A stretch of 56,832 nt of DNA from Minisyncoccota bacterium (GTDB lineage Bacteria > Patescibacteriota > Minisyncoccia > Moranbacterales > GCA-2747515). Positions 10,372 through 20,504 of the stretch are shown one piece after another. A model generated the notes under the pieces. It made no database searches, was not told the DNA's origin, and saw nothing but the letters and a program-made list of their open reading frames with translations. The stretch spans positions 1 through 56,832 of the forward strand of contig JAHDCW010000002.1 of the NCBI GenBank assembly GCA_020629675.1, written 5' to 3'. The stretch's first letter is position 1; each line of letters starts with the position of its first letter. Position numbers and translations under genes: made by a program.

Positions 10372-11301
10372 TTAAGGGATGAGTGCTTGGCGGATTGCGG
10401 TCAAGCGTGAAGTAACATTTTGTCGAGAATAGGCTGGTTTGAGCGTGATGGTGATGCGCTCTAATTCGATAGAGCTAGCGTCGCTATGATCAAGTGAAAA
10501 GACATAATCCTTGCCACTAAATGATGTGATCGTGTTGATTGAGGTTGTGCATGAGTAGGTGTCTTGCCGGAAGGCTTTCTTTGTCAGAAGACATGAGTCG
10601 TTGGTTGTGCGACTGAGTGCTTCGACAGCTACGAGAGATCGAAGATCATCTGGTGTGATCTTTGTGAGTGTATTTGTGGAAGAGAGTTGGTAGACGGTGT
10701 TGTTGTTGTCGATTTCTACAAAACGTGTTCCTGGTGGGTGGACGGATTGAAGATTGAGGATGTGGCCGCGGGTATAGCGATTCCAGATACCACTATCAAC
10801 TACTTGTGAGTCGGCAAAATCATAGCCAAGCGCTTCAAATGTCATCACCGTATCAAATGGATGGCGTACGCCGCCAAGAGCTGTTAGTGCATGTCCTGAA
10901 GTGCCCATCATAAGGCTGCCTGGAGATAGGGGGAGATCAGAAGCATCTTTGATGATTGTCTCCTCATAGGGAGTGCTGAGGTAGGCATAATGGCCTTTTT
11001 GGATCGTAATTGACATACCAGAGAGGTCGATGTCAGAGCGTAGTGTGAGAGTGATCTCGTTCGTTGTGCGTCGTGAGGACCCATGAAAGACAGTTGCTGT
11101 ATCTGTAGTTGCAGGTTGGGCGAGGCGAAAGATCGGATCGATATTTTTGTAGCCATAATAAAGTGTTGCTGTCGGAAAAAGAATATGGTGGATAAATGCG
11201 AGAGCAAGAAAAACAGTGACTAAAACGAGTGCCCATCTAAGGCGAGAATATATTTTTCTTTGTTGTGATGTAAGGGTGAGCTTGGGTGTGATGTCCAACA
11301 T
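10372..11301 (-). CDS. Membrane-anchored hypothetical protein
   Basis: Single N-terminal TM then a beta-rich external domain (RHPFDT..TFEALGYDF...HPPGT); operonic spacing. Confidence 0.75.
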   Translation of the reverse strand: MLDITPKLTLTSQQRKIYSRLRWALVLVTVFLALAFIHHILFPTATLYYGYKNIDPIFRLAQPATTDTATVFHGSSRRTTNEITLTLRSDIDLSGMSITIQKGHYAYLSTPYEETIIKDASDLPLSPGSLMMGTSGHALTALGGVRHPFDTVMTFEALGYDFADSQVVDSGIWNRYTRGHILNLQSVHPPGTRFVEIDNNNTVYQLSSTNTLTKITPDDLRSLVAVEALSRTTNDSCLLTKKAFRQDTYSCTTSINTITSFSGKDYVFSLDHSDASSIELERITITLKPAYSRQNVTSRLTAIRQALIP

Positions 11302-11305
11302 GCTA

Positions 11306-13090
11306 TTACTTGATTTTATAAATAAGCAGATCGTTGCTGCGCTCTGTGAGTTGCGGTAGGCCGGTAAAGGTCGCTTTAGGATCGCGCGTAAGATATTCGG
11401 TTGTCAGTGTGTAAGTGATAGGGTCTTCAGCGTTTTCTGTGAGAGCCTTGTAGCGCTCACTGCTATCAACTGTAGTAATCAGGTGGATATATTTAAAACG
11501 ATCTGTTTTTAATTTTTCATAGTCCTCAGGATTAAAGAAGTAGACCGCATCCAAGTTATTTGTATGCGTAAAGATACCTGGAAGAAGTGACCATGGATCT
11601 GTGCTTGCGTTGCGGTCGATCAGGACGAGATCATGTGGGCCTAGCAGTGATTGTATTTGCTCAACGTGGAGGGGGAGCGCCGCGTGCTCGCGTACTGTCA
11701 TAAAGGAACTGCTGATGGTGAGATTATATATTACAAAAGCGATTGCAAGCGTGATGCCAGTGAGATGATAGCGCTTTTGGTGGAGTGTGTAGATGATATA
11801 AATGAATGCAAAGCATCCGATGGGGAGAAGCCAATAATAGAACCTGCGGAGCATCCAAGGGTGGTCTGCGCTAATCTGTGGATCAAAAAAGTAAAAAAGA
11901 AGTGGTCCAGTGAGTAGCAGGAGTAAGCCAGTGATGTGACGATGATGTCTATCTCGTACGATTACGCGAAAGAGTGCGAGTACGATGGTTAGTATAATAA
12001 TATGCAAACCGTAACCACTATATACAGGCAAGAGAAAATCGTAAAAAAATGCAGCATTGTCGGCATTTTGTGTGGCGGTCTGGGTTGTTTTAGGTGTAGA
12101 GATCAATAGTGATGCTATCGTTTTGTAGAAAGGAAAGCTAATGATAAGTGCAAGGCAGAGAATGCTTACAAAAAGCGAGCTTGGTAGTAGGATCCTGACG
12201 GGGACATCGGACGCAAGCCAGGACCGGACATGAGGCAGGGACAGCGCGAGAAGTGTAAAGATGCCAAAAAACCACACACCTTCAATCCGTGTGAAAAAAA
12301 GCAGACTGGTACTGAGAATAGATAAAACGATTAGGGATGTTTGGTTTTCTTCTTTGGTGCGCAAAAAGAAAAATAGTGTAAATGAGAGTAACAGTAAAAG
12401 GAGGGCGAGGTTTTCGCTGAGTGTGTAACGTGCAAACCACAAGAGGGGAAATGCACTTAGTATAAGTGCACAAAAAATAGATTCGTAGTAAAGAGTGTGC
12501 TTATTAGATAGTGCAGATCTGAGAAGTGTGCCAGCAATGAGTAGGAAAAATCCAACAAGAATCGCATTGGCAATCGGTGCACCGTGAATACCAAAGAGGA
12601 GGTTGAATCCTCCGAGAAAGCTGATGTACGGCAAAGGGAATTGGGCGATTAGTGATCCAGTAGCGCTGTAGTGGAATCCTGGAAAATTAAGTGCTGCGCC
12701 CGCGCCATAAATTTCAAAAAAACTGCTGATTGCGGGTGACTCGGTGTAAGGTGTGCCAGACTCAGCAAGGAGGTGGGCGGCGTATGCAAGTGTTCCTTGA
12801 TCGCGTCCAGTGAAAAACGATCCAGGATGAAAGTGTGAAAAAATGTAAGTACCTACAAGGATTGCCACTAAAAGTGAAAAGAGTGTATTGTGCGGTATTT
12901 TAATTGAAGTGAATGGTGTCACAGAAAGTTTAAGAAGTCCAATAAATAGACATAGTGTAAGAGGCCACAGTGTCCACCAGTAAAAAGTACCTAGAAGTGC
13001 TAGGAGGTATGCGGACCACGCATAAGAAAGAATGAGTGAGCTGCATAAAATGAGAAAATTGTGATTGCGGGTAGTGTCTGATGATGACAT
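11306..13090 (-). CDS. Polytopic membrane protein, probable GT-C-fold glycosyltransferase
   Basis: Many TM segments; GRDQG loop, RYTLSEN, TRIEG, DHPWMLRRF; C-terminal soluble domain. Start 13090 or 13111. Confidence 0.7.
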   Translation of the reverse strand: MSSSDTTRNHNFLILCSSLILSYAWSAYLLALLGTFYWWTLWPLTLCLFIGLLKLSVTPFTSIKIPHNTLFSLLVAILVGTYIFSHFHPGSFFTGRDQGTLAYAAHLLAESGTPYTESPAISSFFEIYGAGAALNFPGFHYSATGSLIAQFPLPYISFLGGFNLLFGIHGAPIANAILVGFFLLIAGTLLRSALSNKHTLYYESIFCALILSAFPLLWFARYTLSENLALLLLLLSFTLFFFLRTKEENQTSLIVLSILSTSLLFFTRIEGVWFFGIFTLLALSLPHVRSWLASDVPVRILLPSSLFVSILCLALIISFPFYKTIASLLISTPKTTQTATQNADNAAFFYDFLLPVYSGYGLHIIILTIVLALFRVIVRDRHHRHITGLLLLLTGPLLFYFFDPQISADHPWMLRRFYYWLLPIGCFAFIYIIYTLHQKRYHLTGITLAIAFVIYNLTISSSFMTVREHAALPLHVEQIQSLLGPHDLVLIDRNASTDPWSLLPGIFTHTNNLDAVYFFNPEDYEKLKTDRFKYIHLITTVDSSERYKALTENAEDPITYTLTTEYLTRDPKATFTGLPQLTERSNDLLIYKIK

Positions 13091-13173
13091 GGGATTGCTT
13101 AAATGTAACACTCTATTATATAGATCTATTATACATCAAACAATACAGTGTTTGTGGTAAAATAATATTATCT

Positions 13174-15636
13174 ATGAAAAATAAAAGATTCTTTTTATTC
13201 TGGTATTACACGGAGGGGTTGCGACTCTTTTTTGAAACACTGCTTCGTGTAGTGCGCTTTATTCCGTATTTTTTTTCGATGCACTTATTGGTGCGAACAC
13301 TCTTTGCACCATGGCATCGCGATGTCTCCCTCAAGTCGTGGAGCGGTTTTGATCCCGTACGTTTGAGCGGATTGGTATTGTGGAATGTATTTTCTCGGGT
13401 GGTGGGAGCCATAGCTCGAGTGAGTTTTTTGCTAGCCGGATCGATCGCGACAGTTGGCTTTTTAATTCTTTCTTTTGCGCTGCTCTTTGTTTATTTGCTT
13501 TTGCCTGCTGTGGTGGTACTCTCGCTGATTTTTGCTGTGGCGGGGTCATACATCGTTGCTGGGGTGCTTTTGTTCTTGAGTGTGATCGTATGTGCTTGGG
13601 CGCGAAATACGTACACCAACACCTCAATCATCCCGTACGAAAAAATGGATTTGGCTGCTTTGGCGCGCGAGCCATGGTTTGAGCGGGTGTGGAATCGTTT
13701 TGGTATAGCGTCACAAGATATCACACCGCGCATATTGGATGATCCGGGGTCGCTTAAGGATTTTTTGCGGCAACAAGATTTGACGATTGAAGAAGCTGAA
13801 TACATTATTGCCTGGGAGCGAGATCGAAAAATAGAAAAGGAGAAAAAACTGCGCCCTTTTAGCGTGGACCGATTGGCACAGTTACAGCCTTTGGCACTAG
13901 GGTGGCACTATGGCTATACGGTGACACTCAACCAATTCACCAAGGATCTAACATTGTCAGATCATAGTCAGTACGAACGAGCACCTTTTTATGGTCATCA
14001 GGATGAATACCGCGCCCTGGAGGCTGCACTCGAGCGTAGCAGTCATAACAACGCTCTAATTATCGGTGAGCCTGGTATCGGTCGCCACATGATTGTCCAT
14101 GAGTTGGCGAGGCGGATACGGACAGATTATTATAATGGCACAGTATTTATGTCGATGCGTGTTTTACAGGCTGATATTGCAGCGGCAGTGGCGCATGCAG
14201 TAGATCGCGGGATTGATCCGGAATTTGCTGTGGATAACTATTTTCATGAAGCAGCCTACGCAGGAAATGTCATCCTTTTTATAGAGAACTTTGAGGAATA
14301 CATGGTGGCGCGTCGTCAATTTTCCTATGTGTCGATTCTTGAAAAATATCTTAAATTGCCATCATTTCGCGTTGTCGCTCTCACGACGGAGTCGGCATTT
14401 CAAGCGCATATTTCAGAGCACGTGAGTATTGTCGAGCAGTTTGAGGTGATTCATATGCGAGAACTTACGGAGGAGCAAACGATGCATACTCTGTTTACAC
14501 TTTTTTACCATTCAGACCGTGCTGTCTTTACGTTTCAGGCTTTACGTGAGATTGTCGCATCATCGACACAATATATGAATACGGCACCGCTTCCGATGCG
14601 TGCGATTACTCTCGCCACGGGAGTAGAACAGCAATGGGAGAGGGGTGGTGCAGTAGGTATGATTATGCCTAATGATGTGCACCGTTATGTGTCTGAAAAA
14701 ACTGGTATCGCGGTGGGTGCTGTTACCGAAGACGAGAAGGAAAAGTTACTCACCCTTGAAGAGCGATTTCATCAGGACATCATCGGGCAAGATGAGGCAG
14801 TGCGAGCAGTCGCACAGGCTATCCGGCGGATGCGTAGTGGTATGACACGACCGGGACGACCCGTAGGAAGCTTCCTTTTTCTTGGCCCCACCGGTGTCGG
14901 TAAAACAGAGATGGCTAAGACGGTCGCCAAGCATTATTTTGGCTCCGTGGATAAATTTGTGCGCCTTGATATGAGTGAATTTCAAGGCGACGAAGCGCTT
15001 GATAAGTTGATTGGTTCGCGTGATACACGTACTAAGGGGCGTCTTACTGAGATCGTTACTGAGCATCCGCATGGGATCATGTTGCTTGATGAGATTGAGA
15101 AGGCGGATACACGTATATTGGATATTTTTTTACAGCTCCTCGATGAGGGTTTTGTGCATAATGCGTATGGTCGTAAACTGCGCTTCCATAACATGATTGT
15201 GATCGCAACGACAAATGCTGGCTCAGATAAAATTGCTTTATTGTTAGGGGAAAGCGCTGATCAAAATGTGCTGAAGGACAAGATTCAGAATATTGTTGTC
15301 AAGGCGCATACTTTCAGACCAGAGTTTCTTAACAGATTTGATGATACGGTAATCTTTTTACCTATTGTAGATGAGCATATCTATGAAGTCACCAAGTTGA
15401 TGCTGCGAAAATTTGCATCACGTCTCGAAGAGGAGCAGAATATCGTCGTGACTTTTGCGGAAGATGTGGTGCTAGAAATCATAGCGCAAGGCTATGAGCA
15501 GAAATTTGGTGCGCGATCACTGCTGCGCTATATTGATTCTACTGTTGCAGATGCACTTGCAAAAAAAATCATTGAAGGGACGGTTCATCGGGGTGAAAAT
15601 GTTTTCTTTAAAGTGGGGGATTTGGATTCTCGCTAA
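13174..15636 (+). CDS. Clp/Hsp100-like AAA+ ATPase with N-terminal membrane domain
   Basis: NBD2 intact (IIGQDEAV, GSFLFLGPTGVGKTE, LLDEIEKA, FRPEFLNRFD, FGAR); NBD1 degenerate (GEPGIGRH, LFIENFE); N-terminal TM helices. Confidence 0.9.
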   Translation: MKNKRFFLFWYYTEGLRLFFETLLRVVRFIPYFFSMHLLVRTLFAPWHRDVSLKSWSGFDPVRLSGLVLWNVFSRVVGAIARVSFLLAGSIATVGFLILSFALLFVYLLLPAVVVLSLIFAVAGSYIVAGVLLFLSVIVCAWARNTYTNTSIIPYEKMDLAALAREPWFERVWNRFGIASQDITPRILDDPGSLKDFLRQQDLTIEEAEYIIAWERDRKIEKEKKLRPFSVDRLAQLQPLALGWHYGYTVTLNQFTKDLTLSDHSQYERAPFYGHQDEYRALEAALERSSHNNALIIGEPGIGRHMIVHELARRIRTDYYNGTVFMSMRVLQADIAAAVAHAVDRGIDPEFAVDNYFHEAAYAGNVILFIENFEEYMVARRQFSYVSILEKYLKLPSFRVVALTTESAFQAHISEHVSIVEQFEVIHMRELTEEQTMHTLFTLFYHSDRAVFTFQALREIVASSTQYMNTAPLPMRAITLATGVEQQWERGGAVGMIMPNDVHRYVSEKTGIAVGAVTEDEKEKLLTLEERFHQDIIGQDEAVRAVAQAIRRMRSGMTRPGRPVGSFLFLGPTGVGKTEMAKTVAKHYFGSVDKFVRLDMSEFQGDEALDKLIGSRDTRTKGRLTEIVTEHPHGIMLLDEIEKADTRILDIFLQLLDEGFVHNAYGRKLRFHNMIVIATTNAGSDKIALLLGESADQNVLKDKIQNIVVKAHTFRPEFLNRFDDTVIFLPIVDEHIYEVTKLMLRKFASRLEEEQNIVVTFAEDVVLEIIAQGYEQKFGARSLLRYIDSTVADALAKKIIEGTVHRGENVFFKVGDLDSR

Positions 15637-15728
15637 GAAGGAGGGGTGAGAGCTGAGGGCTATAGTGGTGCATCTGCTTGGGTTATGAAATCGTAGACTT
15701 TCAAAAAGGTGAAAGTTGCATTTTAGAT

Positions 15729-15757
15729 TTGACAAAGTTCACTGTCTATACTAAATT
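15729..15757 (+). promoter_or_regulatory. Sigma70-type promoter
   Basis: TTGACA-N17-TAAATT upstream of GGGAG RBS and GTG at 15786. Confidence 0.55.
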
Positions 15758-15785
15758 AGACACACATTAATAATGGGAGTACTTT

Positions 15786-16273
15786 GTGAAAAATCCAGAA
15801 AAATATGATCAAGAATTAGTTTTTGAACGAGAAACAGATTTCTGGGAACTGAAGGTGTGGAAGAGTTCTGTGCACCTGGGGACCTCGCATTATCTCGAGA
15901 GGTTCAGGATCAAGCACGAATTCTTGAGGTTTGCGATAGTGTTTTCCGTATCGAGTTCACACTAAAAAAATGCGAGGTAGTAGATATTGATAAGATTGCA
16001 GAAAGTTTATTTCAAGACATTATGCTAACTTTTGATCTGAATCATGAGGATTATGAAGGTGGTCGCCGTCAAGAGTCAGTTATTCTTTTCTCAAAGGGTT
16101 CACTTTTTAGCTTTGGGTATATAGTATCTTCATCTGGGTCACTGCTTCAATGTAATATTGAAAATTTAATTGATTGCATCGACGCCGGTGATGAATGTGC
16201 AGATTTGCTACAGCTTACGAGTAAAGAGTATACTTTTCACGGCTTTGTATTTCCTGTAGTTGTCAGCGTATAG
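15786..16273 (+). CDS. Orphan hypothetical protein, possibly frameshifted near 15840
   Basis: RBS-backed GTG at 15786 (MKNPEKYDQE...) is out of frame with the 138-aa ORF 15857..16273; AT-rich; own terminator. Confidence 0.5.
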
Positions 16274-16296
16274 AGTATGAGGTATGCAAGAGATTG

Positions 16297-16327
16297 CTGG
16301 GGGTCATAATTAACCCTCAGTTTTTTT
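16297..16327 (+). terminator. Intrinsic terminator
   Basis: CTGGGGGT...ACCCTCAG stem followed by T7. Confidence 0.75.
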
Positions 16328-16488
16328 AAACTTTTATTTCTATAAAATGAGTTTGATTGTAAAATTGAGCTTATGAATCATTTTTGAAATTTGCTTTTTT
16401 ATCAAAATTATTGTATTTTTAGGTTAGCAAATACGAGCATTGTCTGCTGTCTCCTATTTGTTTTTTATTTGATTGAGAGTTAGATGAC

Positions 16489-17664
16489 GTGAAGATCTTG
16501 ATGATAGCGCCGACACCGTTTTTCTCCCATCGAGGGACGCATATTCGCATCCTTGAGGAGGCGCGTGCACTGGAAAAGCGTGGACACGAGATTAAGATCG
16601 TAACCTACCATATCGGTGATGATATCCATCAGTATGTGGACTCACAGATTGATGTGAGGCGGATCCGGCGATGGCTTTTCTGGTATCACAAGACAGAAGC
16701 TGGTGCTAACTGGCAAAAAATCATCCTCAATTTATTTCTGATACGCAAGACTTTTTATCTGACGCGAACGTGGAAACCCGATGTGATCCACGGTCACCTC
16801 CATGAGGGTGGCGTGATCGGCTGGATGATGAAGAGGTTCTTTTTTTGGCGGAAGTTGGGTTTTGTGGTGGATTTCCATGGATCTCTCGTGGGGGAGATGC
16901 GTTCTCATGGCTATCTTAAAGTTCCAGTGATTGCTTTTGTCTTTAAAAGAATTGAGCGCTGGATAAATGCTATGGGAGACGCGGCTGTTGTCAGCAGCTA
17001 TGATCACGTCAGTGGCATTCGTGAAGCTAGATCAGACCAGAGAGCTTATGTGATCTACGATGGCTGTGATGTGGCAGTTTATGATTCCCTCTATGATCGT
17101 AAGGGAAGTATTCGAGAGTCATATGGTATTCCTACCGATGCATACGTAGTGGGTTATACAGGCGGTCTCGTCAAAGGGAAGGGTGTGACGACGCTATTGG
17201 AATCGCTGATGCATCTCAGAGATGTAGCTGGGCTACACGTGGTGATCGGTGGCTTTCCCGGCGCATGGGTGGAAGAATTTGTCGCACAGCAGGGTCTTAC
17301 TGATATGGTAACTGTGATTTCTCCGCTGAATTATTTTGATTTGCCAGCAGTTAATATCATGATGGACGTATGTGTCGATCCTAAAGGAGTGAGCTCACGA
17401 CAAGCAAGTGGAAAAATCCTAGGCTATATCGCAGCGCGCAAGCGGGTGATCTGTCTCGATCGCGCGACAAATCGTAAATACTTAGGAGAGACAGCGTCTT
17501 ATATAAATACATCCGATCCTATTTTACTAGCGGATGCAATAAAAAAATATCAGGGTGTGTCACTAACGAAAACAGAGGAGGATGTCATTAGAGAAAAGGC
17601 GCTTCATTTTAGTTGGGAGCGTGTAGGAGAGAGGCTTGAGGGTGTCTACATGACCGTCACCTAG
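16489..17664 (+). CDS. GT4 glycosyltransferase
   Basis: MKILMIAPTPFF...GTHIRILEE, HGHLHEG, DFHGSL, GKG, SGKILGY. Confidence 0.88.
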   Translation: MKILMIAPTPFFSHRGTHIRILEEARALEKRGHEIKIVTYHIGDDIHQYVDSQIDVRRIRRWLFWYHKTEAGANWQKIILNLFLIRKTFYLTRTWKPDVIHGHLHEGGVIGWMMKRFFFWRKLGFVVDFHGSLVGEMRSHGYLKVPVIAFVFKRIERWINAMGDAAVVSSYDHVSGIREARSDQRAYVIYDGCDVAVYDSLYDRKGSIRESYGIPTDAYVVGYTGGLVKGKGVTTLLESLMHLRDVAGLHVVIGGFPGAWVEEFVAQQGLTDMVTVISPLNYFDLPAVNIMMDVCVDPKGVSSRQASGKILGYIAARKRVICLDRATNRKYLGETASYINTSDPILLADAIKKYQGVSLTKTEEDVIREKALHFSWERVGERLEGVYMTVT

Positions 17665-17700
17665 AATTATTTAGAGACTTGGTTTACTATTAGTATAAGT

Positions 17701-19857
17701 ATGATACAGCACAGGAAAAAAAGACATATTTTAGCATCTGCCTCGCTTGCGCTAATCAAGTTCTTTTTTGACATGGGTGTGATCTTATTTGTTGCTTTAC
17801 TTGTGATCTTTGTGTATGTATATAACACCTCTATCGATGCGGATGAACTGACCAAGCGACCGGTGCCGCAAACGTCTATTATTTATGACGCAACCGGTGA
17901 GCATGTTCTCTACAAATTACACGGAGAGGAGAACCGTAAGATTGTAGGTCATGATGATATTTCTGATTATTTGAGACATGCGACGATTGCCATCGAAGAT
18001 GAGCGCTTTTACGATCATACAGGGATTGACATTATCGGTATTTTACGCGCTTTTCGCAAGAACTTAGAGGTACAAGCCATGGTTCAGGGTGGAAGTACGA
18101 TCACGCAGCAAGTAGCGCGTAATGCATTTTTGTCACTTGATAAGACGCTGGCGCGTAAGTTCAATGAGGCAGTTCTCGCGATTAAGATTGAGCGTACCTA
18201 CTCTAAAGAGCAGATTCTTGATCTCTACCTTAATCTTGTGCCGTATGGATCAAATACGTATGGAGCGGAAGTTGCAGCGCAGACGTATTTTGGAAAGAAT
18301 GCCAAAGATCTTTCTCTCGATGAGGCAGCAATGATCGCTGCAATTCCTAAGGCGACGACAGCTTATTCACCGTATTCTGGTAACAAAGATGCGCTTCGTG
18401 CACGTCAGCAGACCATCTTGCGTAAAATGGGAGAACTCGGCATGCATAGTGGAGATAAGGTGCGCGCTGCACTCGCACAGGATACGCTCAAAAAAGTGCG
18501 TCCATTTACGGAGGAGATTGATGCGCCGCACTTTGTCTTTTTTGTGCGTGAAGAGCTGAGCAAGCTCTATGATGATGAAATGCTTGAACAAGGTGGATTT
18601 AAAGTATATACAACGCTTGATTTTGAAATGCAAGAGCGAGCTGAGCAGATGGTATCAAGTTACGCAGAACGTCTGCCACAGTATGGCGCTTCTAACGCGT
18701 CTCTTGTGGCGATCAATCCTAAGACAGGTGGCGTGCAGGCAATGGTGGGGAGTGTGAACTATTTTGATCAAGAAAATGACGGAAACGTCAATGTTTCACA
18801 GGAACTTCGGCAGCCAGGCTCCTCGTTTAAGCCGATTATTTATGCTGCAGCATTTGAGCGTGGTTATCAACCAGAGACACTTCTCTACGATGTAAAAACG
18901 AGTTTTGGTCCGGATGGGCGTGGCAAGGAATACATCCCAGACAACTTTGATGGGCGTAAATATGGACTGGTAAGTATGCGTAAGGCAATTCAGGGATCCC
19001 TTAATATTCCAGCGGTAAAAGCACAGTATCTCGTCGGTACTGATAATGCGATTGATTTTGCTGAGAAGTTAGGAATTTCGTCGTTTACAGATCGTAATCG
19101 ATTTGGTTTATCGCTTGTGCTTGGTGGTGGGGAGGTAAAGCTTGTTGAGGCAGTCGGAGCATATAGTGTATTTGCCAATGATGGTGTGCGTGCACCTGTG
19201 CACAGTATCACCAAGATTGTAGATGCACGCGGTAAAGAAACGGTGATGGCACCAGAGCCGGAGCGTGTTATCGATAATCAGGTTGCACGTAAAGTTAATA
19301 GTGTACTCAGCGATCAAGAGGCGCGCGAGTATGTCTTTGGGCGTGTTAATGTGCTCTCCATCCCAAATCGTACTGTCGCAGCGAAGACGGGTACAACCCA
19401 AAATTTTCGTGATGCTTTGACGCTTGGGTATACGCCGTCACTGGCTGTGGGTGTATGGGCTGGTAATAATGATGGCAGCTTTATGGCTGAGGGCGCGCTG
19501 GGATCCAAGGTGGCAGCGCCGTTATGGCGACAGTTTATCGAAAATGAAATCGCAGGCATGCCAGATGAAAACTTCCCTGATTATGAGGTGATCCAAAGCG
19601 ATCTTAGTATGGTTACAGGTAAGCCAGGAGGGTCAAGCGGGCGTATAGAGTATTACTACAAAAAGAATGGCAAAACAGCGAGTGCGCGTAAATATGAAAC
19701 GTTGGGGCCGGATAAGATCGGTACACGGATCGTCGGCGGAAGTGCGCGTCACTCGATACTTCATTATGTAAATCGTGAGAACCCGCTTGATGATAGTTTG
19801 CCGCCTGAGCGCGGTACGCGTATGTATGGTCGCTGGGAGTCTTCCCTAAGAAGGTGA
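17701..19857 (+). CDS. Class A penicillin-binding protein (PBP1A family)
   Basis: TM anchor; transglycosylase EDERFYDHTGID, GGSTITQQ, RKFNE; transpeptidase SSFK, SLN, KTG. Confidence 0.96.
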   Translation: MIQHRKKRHILASASLALIKFFFDMGVILFVALLVIFVYVYNTSIDADELTKRPVPQTSIIYDATGEHVLYKLHGEENRKIVGHDDISDYLRHATIAIEDERFYDHTGIDIIGILRAFRKNLEVQAMVQGGSTITQQVARNAFLSLDKTLARKFNEAVLAIKIERTYSKEQILDLYLNLVPYGSNTYGAEVAAQTYFGKNAKDLSLDEAAMIAAIPKATTAYSPYSGNKDALRARQQTILRKMGELGMHSGDKVRAALAQDTLKKVRPFTEEIDAPHFVFFVREELSKLYDDEMLEQGGFKVYTTLDFEMQERAEQMVSSYAERLPQYGASNASLVAINPKTGGVQAMVGSVNYFDQENDGNVNVSQELRQPGSSFKPIIYAAAFERGYQPETLLYDVKTSFGPDGRGKEYIPDNFDGRKYGLVSMRKAIQGSLNIPAVKAQYLVGTDNAIDFAEKLGISSFTDRNRFGLSLVLGGGEVKLVEAVGAYSVFANDGVRAPVHSITKIVDARGKETVMAPEPERVIDNQVARKVNSVLSDQEAREYVFGRVNVLSIPNRTVAAKTGTTQNFRDALTLGYTPSLAVGVWAGNNDGSFMAEGALGSKVAAPLWRQFIENEIAGMPDENFPDYEVIQSDLSMVTGKPGGSSGRIEYYYKKNGKTASARKYETLGPDKIGTRIVGGSARHSILHYVNRENPLDDSLPPERGTRMYGRWESSLRR

Positions 19858-20359
19858 TGGCTATGGGATCTTTGGTGATTATTAGAGGGAACTCTGGTTC
19901 TGGAAAACATCTACAGCATACGAAGTGCGCAAGAGGCTTTTGCAAAGTCATAAGATAGCCATTGTTGAACAAGATCTTTTGAGGCGTTAATTACTTAAAG
20001 AAAAAGACGGTGCAGATAATGATTCGATAGACTTAATTAAGCTAGCAGCACTTTTTGCGCTTGAACGCGGGTATGATGTTATCGTTGAAGGAATTTTGCG
20101 TGCTGATTGGTATGGTGATATGTTGAGGCGGTTAGTTCCTGCCTCAGAAAAATCTCATGTCTTTTATTTAAATACTAGCTTTGAAGAGACGCTTAGACGT
20201 CATACAACCAAACCAAATGCGCACGAATTCGGCGAAAATGAAATGAAAAATTGGTATCAGTTTGAGGATGTCTTAGGTGTTAAGGATGAGGTGATTATCG
20301 GAGAAGATGTTTCGCAGGCAGAGTTGGTTAATCAGATTTGTGGGCTTATTGGAGAATAA
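19857..20359 (+). pseudogene. Disrupted P-loop kinase (AAA_33 / nucleotide-kinase-like)
   Basis: ATG overlapping the PBP stop gives MAMGSLVIIRGNSGSGK; 1-nt frameshift at the A-run 19904-19907; then TSTAYEVRKR...EQDLLRR*, in-frame TAA at 19988-19990; continues YDVIVEGIL...SFEETLRRH. Confidence 0.85.
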
Positions 20360-20504
20360 AATACATATACCACAAAGGGTTATGATTGTTGTTATTTGTG
20401 ATCGGCATAAAAGGAAAATTGTGATACCTAAGGATTGTCCTGCAATTGTTGTGTATAAGTTATGCAGGTCCGCGACATTTTTATGACCAGCGTTAAAGTC
20501 GGTG

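Noticed and set aside
19988..19990. Stop-codon reassignment explaining the in-frame TAA
   Set aside because: TAA, TAG and TGA all terminate conserved genes in this window, and the same gene also carries a frameshift
20450..20468. DnaA-box match TGTGTATAA plus a degenerate partner (also TGTGGATAG near 35868)
   Set aside because: Isolated boxes with no cluster, no unwinding element and no dnaA/dnaN nearby; not enough for an origin call
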